A DNA stretch of 23,859 nucleotides from a virus. Its lineage: Duplodnaviria > Heunggongvirae > Uroviricota > Caudoviricetes. Position numbers and translations under genes: made by a program. This document shows positions 1 through 9,915 of the stretch, piece by piece; the first letter of the stretch is position 1, and every line of letters starts with the position of its first letter. The notes beneath the pieces were generated by a model. That model saw nothing but the letters and a program-made list of their open reading frames with translations, did no database searches and was not told the origin of the DNA. The stretch lies in the IMG/VR virus record IMGVR_UViG_2690316225_000008; one strand, given 5' to 3'.

Positions 1-253
1 GCAGCCGCCGGTCGGCCTCGCTCAGCCAGGGCAGACCACCGGGATGACTGTGGACCAGTGCCACAATCTCCCCCTGCATCTCTGCCCGCAGCCAGTCTTC
101 CGGTGCAATACGAAAATACGCCTCCGGCTCTGTAGAGATATTCACACAAGGGATATACCGCTCCCCCTCCGGCGTTCTCACCACGAAGCCGCACGACTCC
201 GCAGGCGCACACCACCGGGCATGCGCCAGAATCGCTGATTCAGTCTGTGTCAT
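1..253 (-). CDS. K: Tail assembly protein K, N-terminal fragment (runs off window start)
   Basis: Start codon at 251-253; translation begins MTQTES...; near-identical at nucleotide level to K copies at 905-1358 and 1804-2257; resembles lambda gpK N-terminus. Confidence 0.7.
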   Translation of the reverse strand, partial: MTQTESAILAHARWCAPAESCGFVVRTPEGERYIPCVNISTEPEAYFRIAPEDWLRAEMQGEIVALVHSHPGGLPWLSEADRRL

Positions 254-263
254 AAACCGGGAT

Positions 264-859
264 TTACTGCGAAAGTTTATTAATGGAAAGGAAACCGCCA
301 AAATTAGCCACCATGCCGCGCATCTCACACCCGCGCATGCACTTGCTGCATCTGTCCTTACGGATATCGGTGGTGGGTTTATCGAACTCATCCGCCACAG
401 CCCCGCCCGTGTAACCACACTCATCAGAGCGGTAGGTCCACATACAGGTATTCGCCAGCATAATGCGACCGGGAAACAGCGCTCCGTCCGTCTCCGTCGG
501 TGTTGCCAGCACAAACGAGGCTGTCATGGCCGTCAGCTCTGACATCTGCTCCACCACCCAGCGGTCGCTCAGCTCCTGCTCCGGGTCCGCTTCCGGATTG
601 CCCGCCACAAAATTCACCGCATCCAGAAAACGGGCATACACCCGGCGGCGGACCACCGTGGCCCCCACCAGGCTCTGCAGGTCCTCCGCCATCCCGGTGA
701 CCAGACCAAACAGATTCGACACCGTCAGCGACGGTCTGGCACTGCTGCCCTTCCCGTTCATCTCAAAGCCGCTGCCCTCAATCGGGTACGCCTGATATTC
801 ACGCCCCTGCCAGGTAACCGGCTCCCTTTTTCATTCAGCTCATTGCAGAAAAAATACCG
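264..859 (-). pseudogene. L: Minor tail protein L, 3' portion; carries 1-bp C-run difference that breaks frame; cut by N at 860
   Basis: TAA stop at 264-266; C-terminal 165 aa match lambda gpL (…VGNFGGFLSINKLSQ); same C-run length change near 825 as copy 2268-2965 relative to in-frame copy at 5463-6145. Confidence 0.6.
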
Positions 860-860
860 N
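860..860. other. Assembly gap (single N)
   Basis: Literal n in sequence; flanking sequence changes identity abruptly. Confidence 0.95.
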
Positions 861-904
861 GGTGGTGTGCCGGGAGTGGAGCGTCACGGATAACGCCAGG
901 TACA
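861..904. repeat. 44-bp inverted copy of 3002-3045 (fragment of M' gene) abutting K
   Basis: 861-904 is the exact reverse complement of 3002-3045; it sits between an N and the K breakpoint. Confidence 0.85.
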
Positions 905-1358
905 GGTTCTGACCGTTGCGCCACCAGTCATCCTCACGCTCAAAATCCGGCATATCAATTCCCGCCAGATGGTAGGCATCCCGGAACAGCGTGTAACAGT
1001 CCGTCACCCCGTGCTCAAAGCGCCGTCCTGTCAGATGTGGCACACAGCGGAATTTATGAATTTCCCCCCGGCAGACCAGCCACCAGGACAGTGCACTTTT
1101 TATCTGCAGCCGCCGGTCGGCCTCGCTCAGCCAGGGCAGACCACCGGGATGACTGTGGACCAGTGCCACAATCTCCCCCTGCATCTCTGCCCGCAGCCAG
1201 TCTTCCGGTGCAATACGAAAATACGCCTCCGGCTCTGCAGAGATATTCACACAAGGGATATACCGCTCCCCCTCCGGCGTTCTCACCACGAAGCCGCACG
1301 ACTCCGCAGGCACACACCGCCGGGCATGCGCCAGAATCGCTGATTCTGTCTGTGTCAT
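905..1358 (-). CDS. K: Tail assembly protein K, N-terminal ~151 codons (3' end missing)
   Basis: Start at 1356-1358 (MTQTESAILAHARRCVPAESCGFVV…); JAMM/MPN-type motif HSHPGGLPWLSEAD; matches lambda gpK until …DDWWRNGQN, then sequence becomes the inverted M' fragment. Confidence 0.7.
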
Positions 1359-1363
1359 TGGAT

Positions 1364-1792
1364 TTACTGCGAAAGTTTGTTAATGGAAAGGAAACCGCCA
1401 AAATTAGCCACCATGCCGCGCATCTCACACCCGCGCATGCACTTGCTGCATCTGTCCTTACGGATATCGGTGGTGGGTTTATCGAACTCATCCGCCACCG
1501 CAGGACCGTTATACCCGCATTCATCTCCCCGGTAATCCCACATACAGGTGTTCGCCAGCATGATGCGACCGGGAAACAGCGCTCCGTCCGTCTCCGTCGG
1601 TGTTGCCAGCACAAACGAGGCTGTCATGGCCGTCAGCTCTGACATCTGCTCCACCACCCAGCGGTCGCTCAGCTCCTGCTCCGGGTCCGCTTCCGGATTG
1701 CCCGCCACAAAATTCACCGCATCCAGAAAACGGGCATACACCCGGCGGCGGACCACCGTGGCCCCCACCAGGCTCTGCAGGTCCTCCGCCAT
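1364..1792 (-). CDS. L: Minor tail protein L, 3' fragment (142 codons), truncated by N run
   Basis: TAA stop at 1364-1366; protein MAEDLQSLVG…CMWDYRGDECGYNGPAVADEF…INKLSQ is the same allele as 5463-6145. Confidence 0.7.
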   Translation of the reverse strand: MAEDLQSLVGATVVRRRVYARFLDAVNFVAGNPEADPEQELSDRWVVEQMSELTAMTASFVLATPTETDGALFPGRIMLANTCMWDYRGDECGYNGPAVADEFDKPTTDIRKDRCSKCMRGCEMRGMVANFGGFLSINKLSQ

Positions 1793-1803
1793 NNNNNNNN
1801 NNN
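1793..1803. other. Assembly gap (11 N)
   Basis: Run of n; K sequence resumes at exactly the same K breakpoint as at 905. Confidence 0.95.
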
Positions 1804-2257
1804 GGTTCTGACCGTTGCGCCACCAGTCATCCTCACGCTCAAAATCCGGCATATCAATTCCCGCCAGATGGTAGGCATCCCGGAACAGCGTGTAACAGTC
1901 CGTCACCCCGTGCTCAAAGCGCCGTCCTGTCAGATGTGGCACACAGCGGAATTTATGAATTTCCCCCCGGCAGACCAGCCACCAGGACAGTGCACTTTTT
2001 ATCTGCAGCCGCCGGTCGGCCTCGCTCAGCCAGGGCAGACCACCGGGATGACTGTGGACCAGTGCCACAATCTCCCCCTGCATCTCTGCCCGCAGCCAGT
2101 CTTCCGGTGCAATACGAAAATACGCCTCCGGCTCTGCAGAGATATTCACACAAGGGATATACCGCTCCCCCTCCGGCGTTCTCACCACGAAGCCGCACGA
2201 CTCCGCAGGCGCACACCACCGGGCATGCGCCAGAATCGCTGATTCAGTCTGTGTCAT
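1804..2257 (-). CDS. K: Tail assembly protein K, N-terminal ~151 codons (3' end missing at gap)
   Basis: Start codon at 2255-2257; MTQTESAILAHARWCAPAESCGFVV… allele (differs from 905-1358 copy at a few residues). Confidence 0.7.
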
Positions 2258-2267
2258 AAACCGGGAT

Positions 2268-2965
2268 TTACTGCGAAAGTTTATTAATGGAAAGGAAACC
2301 GCCAAAATTAGCCACCATGCCGCGCATCTCACACCCGCGCATGCACTTGCTGCATCTGTCCTTACGGATATCGGTGGTGGGTTTATCGAACTCATCCGCC
2401 ACAGCCCCGCCCGTGTAACCACACTCATCAGAGCGGTAGGTCCACATACAGGTATTCGCCAGCATAATGCGACCGGGAAACAGCGCTCCGTCCGTCTCCG
2501 TCGGTGTTGCCAGCACAAACGAGGCTGTCATGGCCGTCAGCTCTGACATCTGCTCCACCACCCAGCGGTCGCTCAGCTCCTGCTCCGGGTCCGCTTCCGG
2601 ATTGCCCGCCACAAAATTCACCGCATCCAGAAAACGGGCATACACCCGGCGGCGGACCACCGTGGCCCCCACCAGGCTCTGCAGGTCCTCCGCCATCCCG
2701 GTGACCAGACCAAACAGATTCGACACCGTCAGCGACGGTCTGGCACTGCTGCCCTTCCCGTTCATCTCAAAGCCGCTGCCCTCAATCGGGTACGCCTGAT
2801 ATTCACGCCCCTGCCAGGTAACCGGCTCCCTTTTTCATTCAGCTCATTGCAGAAAAAATACCGCTCACCACCCTGTACCGTCAGGTCGATTTCCCAGAGT
2901 ACCACCCGCGGTGACTGCTCTGATTTAACCGACTCGTTCAGACTTTCTTCGTGAATATCCTGCAT
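2268..2965 (-). pseudogene. L: Minor tail protein L, full length but with 1-bp deletion in a C-run (frame break near 2825); may be sequencing error
   Basis: 698 bp instead of 699; N-terminal 46 aa (MQDIHEESLNESVKSEQSPRVVLWEIDL…NEKG) then frame loss; C-terminal 165 aa in another frame match gpL. Compare ggctccc (2824-2830) with gcctcccc (6003-6010). Confidence 0.6.
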
Positions 2966-3306
2966 CAGTTCACCACCTGCTCAATCGTACAGCTGAAATC
3001 ACTGTACCTGGCGTTATCCGTGACGCTCCACTCCCGGCACACCACCCTCACCGTCCGGTTATGTTTCGGTGGTCGCCACAAAAAGGCACGGTAACCACCA
3101 TGCCAGGATAAAAATTCATCCAGCCAGCGCCGGGTTGACTCATCCGTCACCCGGAACACCACCTGAAACGTCTTCAGTTGAGGATTCAGTCCTGTGGGGC
3201 GACGCTGTTCATAACCGTCACCAAACCGCACCCTCACCACCGACGGCTTCTCACTCACCTGCATCCCTTCACGCGGGACCAGATGCAGCGTTTTTATCTC
3301 AGCCAC
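2965..3306 (-). CDS. M: Minor tail protein M, divergent allele (M')
   Basis: 113 aa; …VRFGDGYEQR…FLWRPP…VVCREW… shares the lambda gpM core motifs (VRFGDGYSQR, FLWTPP) but is clearly a different allele from 6145-6474; stop overlaps L start (ATGA-type coupling). Confidence 0.8.
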   Translation of the reverse strand: MAEIKTLHLVPREGMQVSEKPSVVRVRFGDGYEQRRPTGLNPQLKTFQVVFRVTDESTRRWLDEFLSWHGGYRAFLWRPPKHNRTVRVVCREWSVTDNARYSDFSCTIEQVVN

Positions 3307-5460
3307 TCAGTATTCCTCCGTCACGTCGCATGGACAGCATCACCGCCTGCACCCGCTGGTCAATCAGTTGCACAAGGCTGCCCGCAGCTTCCGGCCCTAT
3401 CTGGCCATTAGTCCCGTCATTCTGAATGGCGATATGGTAGACCGGGGAATACACCAGACCTGCACTGCCGTTCATACTGCCCACCGCTCGCACACCCAGC
3501 GAGCCATCCGCCGCCCGGGTCAGGGGCATAATGGCTTCAGGACCGGCCTCCCCCATCAGTCCCGCCCCTTTTGCAAAGGCAAAGTACGTGGGCGTATCCA
3601 CAATGCTGTTGCTGTACGCACTCAGGTTTGCCGAGGTATACACGCCGCCTTTTGCATTGGCCACCGCACCGCCCAGCCAGTCACCAATGCTGCCAATAAA
3701 TCCTCCCGCACCGGACATACCGTTTGCCGCCGTCTTAATTCCGTTGACAATCGCGGCATTCATAAGAACTTTTGAGATTTCCTGCAGTACGGATGAGGCC
3801 CAGTTGCGCCATTCCACTTTGTTTCCGTTCAGCATCTCCGTGATGTTATTCACCATCCCTGAGATACCCTCCGTCGCAAGCTGTGCTGCCTGTGAAGCGT
3901 AATCGGATGCATTGTCCACCCAGTTACTGAGCCCCTCCTGCAAGCCTTTCTGCCAGTCCGCACGCTGCGCATCCGATTCGGCATAAAAGGCTGCCTGGTC
4001 CTTAAGGCGTTCGCTCAGATACTGCGCGTTCTGTGCCCGTGCCTGTCTGTAAAAATCCTCACTGATATCCCCGGTCTGATACTGAGACTGAAGGTCCGCA
4101 TCCTTCTGGCGGAAGCTGTCGCGGATCTGCTGCAACTCCCGCATGCGTTCCCTGGCTCGTTCTCCCTGCTCGTATCCCAGCAGTTCGGCTTCATTTGATG
4201 CACGCGCAGCCACATTATCATTCTTCAGGGTCTCTTCCCGGGATCGCAACTGTTCCCGGATTTTTTGCTGGTCAATCAGGGCCGCGTTACGCAGCTGTTC
4301 CTGCTTCTGCATCTCCGTCAGGGTTTTCAGTTCGCCCTGCGCAGTCTGGTACTTCAGCTTCGCCAGCTCTGTATTCTGACCCGCCAGTGCCAGTTGCTCT
4401 TTCTGCTGCTTCAGTAGCCGGGAAAAACTGTCTTCCGCTTTTTCCGTCTCTGATTTTCCACCCCGGGATTTAGGTTTGTTCGCCTCGTTATTACGCCAGG
4501 CTTCCAGAGCATTACTGATATAACGCTGTCTCGCCTCCTGATACGAATCCCCCACAAAACCAAGGTCATCCGCCGCATACCCCAGCCGGGCACGCTCTTT
4601 TTCCTCCCCCTTCAGTCGGGACAGGGCCAGCTCACGTTCTGTTTTTGTCAGGGCGCTCTGCTGTTTATCATCCAGGGTGGCCTGCGGCAGCCGTAACGGT
4701 ACATTCACCAGTCCCTGACGCTGCTGAAGCAGTTCATTCCCCAGCCCCAGCAGACGGTTGAATTCCGTATGCTGACCGTTCATAACCAGCATGGACTGGT
4801 ACACCTTATTCTGCTCTGCCGCCTGCTGACGAATTAACGCCACACGACGGTCTTCCAGCCCGGCAAGCACATCCTGAATGGACTGCGCTTTTTCCTGCAT
4901 CTGTGCCAGACGGGACTGCTCAACGGCAAGCTGCTCTGTTGCCTGAGAAAGCCCTTCCGTTACGGTCTTCACCGATGTCAGATGGTTTATCATGAATCCG
5001 TCACCGGTTGTCCAGCCAGGGTTAGCCAGAACATACTGATATCCAGCGATTTTTTCCTGCAGGGATTTCACCCGGCTGGCCTGTTCATCAATCAGCCGGT
5101 TCTGCTCTGCCAGCGCCGCCCGTGTTCGTCCTTCATTATCTGAGGCTTCAGGCAAAGACATTGACGGCGTTTTATGCGCGATTTCATCTATCGTCAGTGC
5201 ATACTGGCGCGCTGACTCCCTGGCCTGCTCCTGATTCTGGTACAGCGTATACCATGCTGCTGCCCCCAGCATCACCAGTCCGGGTACGCCACCAACCAGT
5301 CCCAACGCACCAGTCATCAGACGTGAGCCCACCGCCGTTGTACTGTTCAGCGCATTCTGGGCTGCGGTTCTGGCAGCAATATTTCTGTTCAGGCGTTCCT
5401 GTGTGGCCGCCAGACGGGCTTCTGCAGCAATCTGCATCTCCGTCCCGCGGGCTGCCGCCA
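3299..5460 (-). CDS. H: Tail tape measure protein, second allele (H'), C-terminal ~720 codons; 5' end lost at N 5462
   Basis: Long coiled-coil-rich ORF; C-terminus (…IQNDGTNGQIGPEAAGSLVQLIDQRVQAVMLSMRRDGGILSG) parallels gpH C-terminus at 6471; followed by M' and L as in lambda. Confidence 0.75.
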
Positions 5461-5461
5461 C

Positions 5462-5462
5462 N
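5462..5462. other. Assembly gap (single N) joining L 3' end to tape-measure interior
   Basis: Literal n; produces an artefactual 948-aa fused ORF (3299-6145) in the track. Confidence 0.95.
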
Positions 5463-6145
5463 TTAATGGAAAGGAAACCGCCAAAATTAGCCACCATGCC
5501 GCGCATCTCACACCCGCGCATGCACTTGCTGCATCTGTCCTTACGGATATCGGTGGTGGGTTTATCGAACTCATCCGCCACCGCAGGACCGTTATACCCG
5601 CATTCATCTCCCCGGTAATCCCACATACAGGTGTTCGCCAGCATGATGCGACCGGGAAACAGCGCTCCGTCCGTCTCCGTCGGTGTTGCCAGCACAAACG
5701 AGGCTGTCATGGCCGTCAGCTCTGACATCTGCTCCACCACCCAGCGGTCGCTCAGCTCCTGCTCCGGGTCCGCTTCCGGATTGCCCGCCACAAAATTCAC
5801 CGCATCCAGAAAACGGGCATACACCCGGCGGCGGACCACCGTGGCCCCCACCAGGCTCTGCAGGTCCTCCGCCATTCCGGTGACCAGACCGAACAGATTG
5901 GACACCGTCAGCGACGGGCGGGCACTGCTGCCCTTCCCGTTCATCTCAAAGCCACTGCCGTCAATCGGGTATGCCTGATATTGCCGCCCCTGCCAGGTAA
6001 CCGCCTCCCCTTTTTCATTCAGCTCATTGCAGAAAAAATACCGCTCACCACCCTGTACCGTCAGGTCGATTTCCCAGAGTACCACCCGCGGTGACTGCTC
6101 TGATTTAACCGACTCGTTCAGACTTTCTTCGTGAATATCCTGCAT
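5463..6145 (-). CDS. L: Minor tail protein L (227 codons; last ~5 codons lost at gap)
   Basis: MQDIHEESLNESVKSEQSPRVVLWEIDLTVQGGERYFFCNELNEKGEAVTWQGRQYQAYPIDGSGFEMNGKG… collinear with lambda gpL; start overlaps M stop. Confidence 0.85.
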
Positions 6146-6474
6146 CAGTTCACCACCTGCTTAAACTCCGCGCTGAATTCAACCCGCAGCATGCGAACCC
6201 GTGATGACCAGGCGGCACAGGTCACCTTTATCTGCCGCCAGGCATAAGGCGGTGTCCACAGAAACGCCTTCCAGCCACCGTGCTCTGCCAGGAATGCCTC
6301 CAGATGTCGGGCCTCCTCCCGGGTCACGGAAAGCGTCACACGGTATGTTTTCAGGTCAGCATTCAGCCCCGCCGCCATACGCTGCGAATACCCGTCACCA
6401 AAACGCACTTCACGCACCGATGGCTGCGAGTTCACCTCCATATCCGGCTTCACTTTCCAGCGAAATGTTTTCAT
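6145..6474 (-). CDS. M: Minor tail protein M
   Basis: 109 aa, MKTFRWKVKP…VRFGDGYSQR…FLWTPPYAWRQIKVTCAAWSSRV…VEFSAEFKQVVN; near-identical in length and sequence to lambda gpM. Confidence 0.92.
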   Translation of the reverse strand: MKTFRWKVKPDMEVNSQPSVREVRFGDGYSQRMAAGLNADLKTYRVTLSVTREEARHLEAFLAEHGGWKAFLWTPPYAWRQIKVTCAAWSSRVRMLRVEFSAEFKQVVN

Positions 6475-9050
6475 CGCCTGCCTCCGGAAAAGACGCCGCC
6501 ATCACGCATCTGCGCCTGAATCTCATCCTGCGCCCCCTTGCGGGCCATGTCATACACCGCCTTCATCAGCTGCGGCCCCGCCTGTCCGTTGGTGCCGTCG
6601 TTCTGAATCACCACGTGATTGTTCTGATTAAAACTAATGCCTTCCGCCCGCCGCATCTGCGCCGGACTTCCGGCACCGCCCACATAACCACCTTCCGCAT
6701 ACCCGCGCATCAGACGATACAGGTTGCCGACGCCAATCCGGCTGGTTGCCTCCTTCGTGAAGACAAACTCCCCGCGGTGGACAATACCGGCAGGTTCGTA
6801 TTTGCCACCGGTTCCCGTAAATCCTCCGGTCGCGAAATGGAAGTTCGCCGCCGCAGCCTGAATGGCCGTCCCCGTGGAGGCAGACGCCCCACCACCGAAA
6901 GCACCACCCATGGCGCTGCCAATACTCCCGACAATCCCCACCATGGCCTGCTTCAGAAAAATCTCTGTCAGCATGGAGAGCACAGAACGGGTGAAACCAC
7001 GCCAGCTCTGTTCGCTGCCGGTCAGCATCGCTGCCATATTCTGTGCAATACCGTCAAAGGTCTGCGTGGCCACGCTTTTAACCTGCGAAAAACTGTCCGT
7101 CGCACTTTCTGCCCACTCGCCCCAGCCGGACTTCAGACCGGCCATCCAGCTTCCACGAAGCTGCTCCTCCGCAGACCAGGTGTTCTTCAGTGCAGATGTG
7201 GCCTTCGCCAGCGCATCCGGATTATCACCGTACACGTCACGAAGGCGCTGCGATTCCGACTCCCGCTGTGCCTGACGGTCCGTCAGCCCCCGGGCTTTTG
7301 CGCTGATTGCAGCCTGCTTCGCACTCTGCTGCTGTTCAAACCGCACAGCCTGATTTGCCAGCTCATTCAGCCGTTTCTGGTATTCAACCTTGTCACCCAG
7401 GTCAGCCAGCTGGCGTTTGTACTCCAGCGTCTCTTGCTCATGGGCCAGCAGGGATTTCTCCTGTGCAGACAGCTGGCGACGTTGCGCCGCCTCCTCCAGT
7501 ACCGCGAACTGACTCTCCGCCTTCCACAAATCCCGGCGCTGCTGGCTGATTTTCTCATTCGCTCCGCTGTGCTTCTCCAGCGTCCGGAGCTCGGTTTCAA
7601 GCGCCAGCAGCGCCGCATGCGTCAGGTCTTCCTGACGCTCACCGGCTGACACTTTAACACCTGACGACTTCGGCTTTTTCAGCGTCGATTCATAATCCTT
7701 TTTCGCCGCCGCCATCAGCGTGTTGTAATCCGCCTGCAGGATTTTCCCGTCTTTCAGGGCCTTATTCAGCTCTTCCTGCCGGTTAGTATATTTCTCCAGC
7801 GGCGTCAGCAGACGCTCATACGCCTTCTGCGCCTCTCCGGTATACTTCAGCTGTGATGCGTCCCGTTCGGCCCGGTCCCTGGTAGCCAGTTCACCGGCTT
7901 TTTCCATATCCGACTGCAGCGTGGCCGCTGCCAGCCCCAGACGGGCATTTTCCCGGTCATTCCATGCGCCCTGAAGGTTGGCCCGGAAAGAAGAGGTTTT
8001 ACCGCGGCGCTGGCTCCGGCTCTGGTACCACTGCCATTTTTTATCCGCCTCATCAAATGCCTTCTGCGCACTGGCGAGCATATCCGCTGAGGACTCAGGA
8101 CGACCGATATCCAGAATGGCATCCCACATCGATTTGAATGCCTTCCCGGTTTTATCCGCCCAGGTCTCCAGTGTCCCCATGTTTTCTTTCAGGCGACGGG
8201 TCTGCTCATCAAAGCCTTTCGTGGCGATATCGTTCGCCGCCTGTAAGGCCCCGGCCTCATCACCGGAACGCTGCAGCTGCGCAACATACGCAATCTGCTC
8301 TGCCGTCACGTTACGGAACTGGCGCGCCATCGCAATCAGCCCCGACGTAGAGTCGGTGGTCAGTTTTCCGAAAGCCTCTGCAACCTTGTCCACCTCCACA
8401 CCGGATGCAGAAGCAAAACGCGCGACACTCTGGTTGATGGCATCAAACTGTTCACCACCACGCACACCGGCATTCACCAGGGCTGCCAGTGACTCACTCG
8501 CCTGGTTAAACGTCAGCCCTGCGGCCTGTCCGGCTCTGGAGAGCGTCAGCATGCGATCGGCAGTCAGTCCGGACTGATTACCGGAAAGAACCAGGGTTTT
8601 ATTAAACGCTGAAAGCGTGGAATCCCCCTGGTACCAGGCGTACGCCAGCGCACCTGTCGCCACCGCCAGCGAGGTGACCCCGACCATCGGCAGGGTGATC
8701 GCACCGGCAAGCCCCCTGAACATGGGGATCATCCCGCCGAAGGAGTCCTTCACCTGACCGCCCTGTTGCAGCAGGATCAGCCAGGGATTCTGACCACCGG
8801 CAAGCTGCGTGGCGATATCCGTAAACTGTGCGGGCAGGGTTCGCATGGCCGCTTTATACTGCCCGACGGAAATCCCGGCTTTTTGTGCAGCCAGCGCCTG
8901 GCGGCTCAGGCCCTGTTCAACAGCACTGGCGGTTTTTCTGGCGTCAGTCTCCAGTCCGGAAAAATGACGCCTTACCCGGCTCATCTGCTCATCGAAACGG
9001 ACCGCATCCAGACTCAGATCAATAACAAGATCACCAACCGGCTGGGACAT
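6471..9050 (-). CDS. H: Tail tape measure protein H
   Basis: 859 aa; MSQPVGDLVIDLSLDAVRFDEQMSRVRRHFSG… collinear with lambda gpH (853 aa) through to …QMRDGGVFSGGRR. Confidence 0.93.
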   Translation of the reverse strand: MSQPVGDLVIDLSLDAVRFDEQMSRVRRHFSGLETDARKTASAVEQGLSRQALAAQKAGISVGQYKAAMRTLPAQFTDIATQLAGGQNPWLILLQQGGQVKDSFGGMIPMFRGLAGAITLPMVGVTSLAVATGALAYAWYQGDSTLSAFNKTLVLSGNQSGLTADRMLTLSRAGQAAGLTFNQASESLAALVNAGVRGGEQFDAINQSVARFASASGVEVDKVAEAFGKLTTDSTSGLIAMARQFRNVTAEQIAYVAQLQRSGDEAGALQAANDIATKGFDEQTRRLKENMGTLETWADKTGKAFKSMWDAILDIGRPESSADMLASAQKAFDEADKKWQWYQSRSQRRGKTSSFRANLQGAWNDRENARLGLAAATLQSDMEKAGELATRDRAERDASQLKYTGEAQKAYERLLTPLEKYTNRQEELNKALKDGKILQADYNTLMAAAKKDYESTLKKPKSSGVKVSAGERQEDLTHAALLALETELRTLEKHSGANEKISQQRRDLWKAESQFAVLEEAAQRRQLSAQEKSLLAHEQETLEYKRQLADLGDKVEYQKRLNELANQAVRFEQQQSAKQAAISAKARGLTDRQAQRESESQRLRDVYGDNPDALAKATSALKNTWSAEEQLRGSWMAGLKSGWGEWAESATDSFSQVKSVATQTFDGIAQNMAAMLTGSEQSWRGFTRSVLSMLTEIFLKQAMVGIVGSIGSAMGGAFGGGASASTGTAIQAAAANFHFATGGFTGTGGKYEPAGIVHRGEFVFTKEATSRIGVGNLYRLMRGYAEGGYVGGAGSPAQMRRAEGISFNQNNHVVIQNDGTNGQAGPQLMKAVYDMARKGAQDEIQAQMRDGGVFSGGRR

Positions 9051-9902
9051 ATCTCACACCTCCCGGAATCCCCGCTGAAGCCATCATTAATGCGACATCA
9101 TCCTCGCTGACATCCGCCACATCCGCAGACGATAAAATCTCACGCCCTCCGTCCCCACCAAACCGTACGCCTCCGGCAAGTCCTGCCGCTTTCTGCATCA
9201 GCATTTTTTCCTCATCCGGCATCTCCGTCTGCGCTTTCTCACGCCGGGGGGCAAGCAGACTGAAATCAGAGGGATGCATATCCGGATCGCAAAAAAACAG
9301 GCTGAGTACAGCGTACGTCAGCCCGGAAAAATGCATATCCAGCTGGGTATCGTGAAAATAATGCATGCGGTAAAAATGTCGCCAGTCGGCATATTCGGTG
9401 GATGTCATCCCGGCAAGCATGGCGCGCCAGTCAGGCCTCCCCATCTCACGCGCCAGTCTGAGGGCAAAATTCAGCTCGCCGTCGAAGACTTTCCCGCAGA
9501 AAAATCATCATCAGTCAGCGCGTTATTTTTCGCCACTTCGGTAATATCCGTATCCACATGAACAGGCCCGCTCATCCCGGACAGACGCAACACCACATCT
9601 TCCGCCCGGGCAATGGCATCAGCAGGCCAGGTGGTCAGGACTTCCTGCTCAATCTGCATCACAGCCTCATTCATTGACGGTGACCCCGTTTTCTGCGGAT
9701 GGTTATGCCACAGGGACATCGCCACCAGAAACGCGCCGGTTCTGACGAGATCTTCCACGCTTACCTGCAGGTTGCCGCTGGATTCTGCCTGTTCTGCACG
9801 CCGTTTCAGGAGGGCAAGATGCTCAATACGCTGCAGCGCAGACAATTCGGAAAGCGTGACAGACACACCGTTATATTCAAATTGTTCTGTTTTCAGAAAC
9901 AT
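9031..9902 (-). CDS. T: Tail assembly chaperone G-T fusion made by programmed -1 frameshift (T part 9031-9495)
   Basis: After GGGAAAG (complement of 9489-9495) the -1 frame reads VFDGELNFALRLAREMGRPDWRAMLAGMTSTEYADW… = lambda gpT; T frame has no own RBS-proximal start. Confidence 0.85.
9471..9902 (-). CDS. G: Tail assembly chaperone G
   Basis: 143 aa ending …DDDFSAGKSSTAS, as lambda gpG; contains slippery heptamer near its 3' end. Confidence 0.9.
   Translation of the reverse strand: MFLKTEQFEYNGVSVTLSELSALQRIEHLALLKRRAEQAESSGNLQVSVEDLVRTGAFLVAMSLWHNHPQKTGSPSMNEAVMQIEQEVLTTWPADAIARAEDVVLRLSGMSGPVHVDTDITEVAKNNALTDDDFSAGKSSTAS
9489..9495 (-). promoter_or_regulatory. Slippery heptamer G GGA AAG for G/T -1 ribosomal frameshift
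   Basis: Plus-strand ctttccc = minus-strand GGGAAAG located 6 codons before G stop, same motif and position as lambda. Confidence 0.8.
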
Positions 9903-9915
9903 GTATGACCTCCGT

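Noticed and set aside
1037-2259. Plus-strand ORFs 1037-1642 and 1600-2259 (about 200 aa each) and similar ORFs across 44-800
   Set aside because: Antisense or out-of-frame to K and L copies; Pro/Ala/Ser/Arg-rich; duplicated only because the underlying K/L DNA is duplicated.
1364-2518. 384-aa minus-strand ORF
   Set aside because: Composite of out-of-frame sequence, a K fragment, an 11-N gap (XXXX in the translation) and an L fragment; not a real gene.
3299-6145. 948-aa ORF in the track that looks like a giant L-tape-measure fusion protein
   Set aside because: The fusion passes through the N at 5462 (the X in the translation); it joins the L gene to the interior of a different tape-measure gene and is an assembly artefact, not a protein.
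6201-7649. 482-aa plus-strand ORF
   Set aside because: Antisense to tape measure gene H; proline/arginine-rich low-complexity translation typical of a spurious open frame opposite a GC-rich gene.
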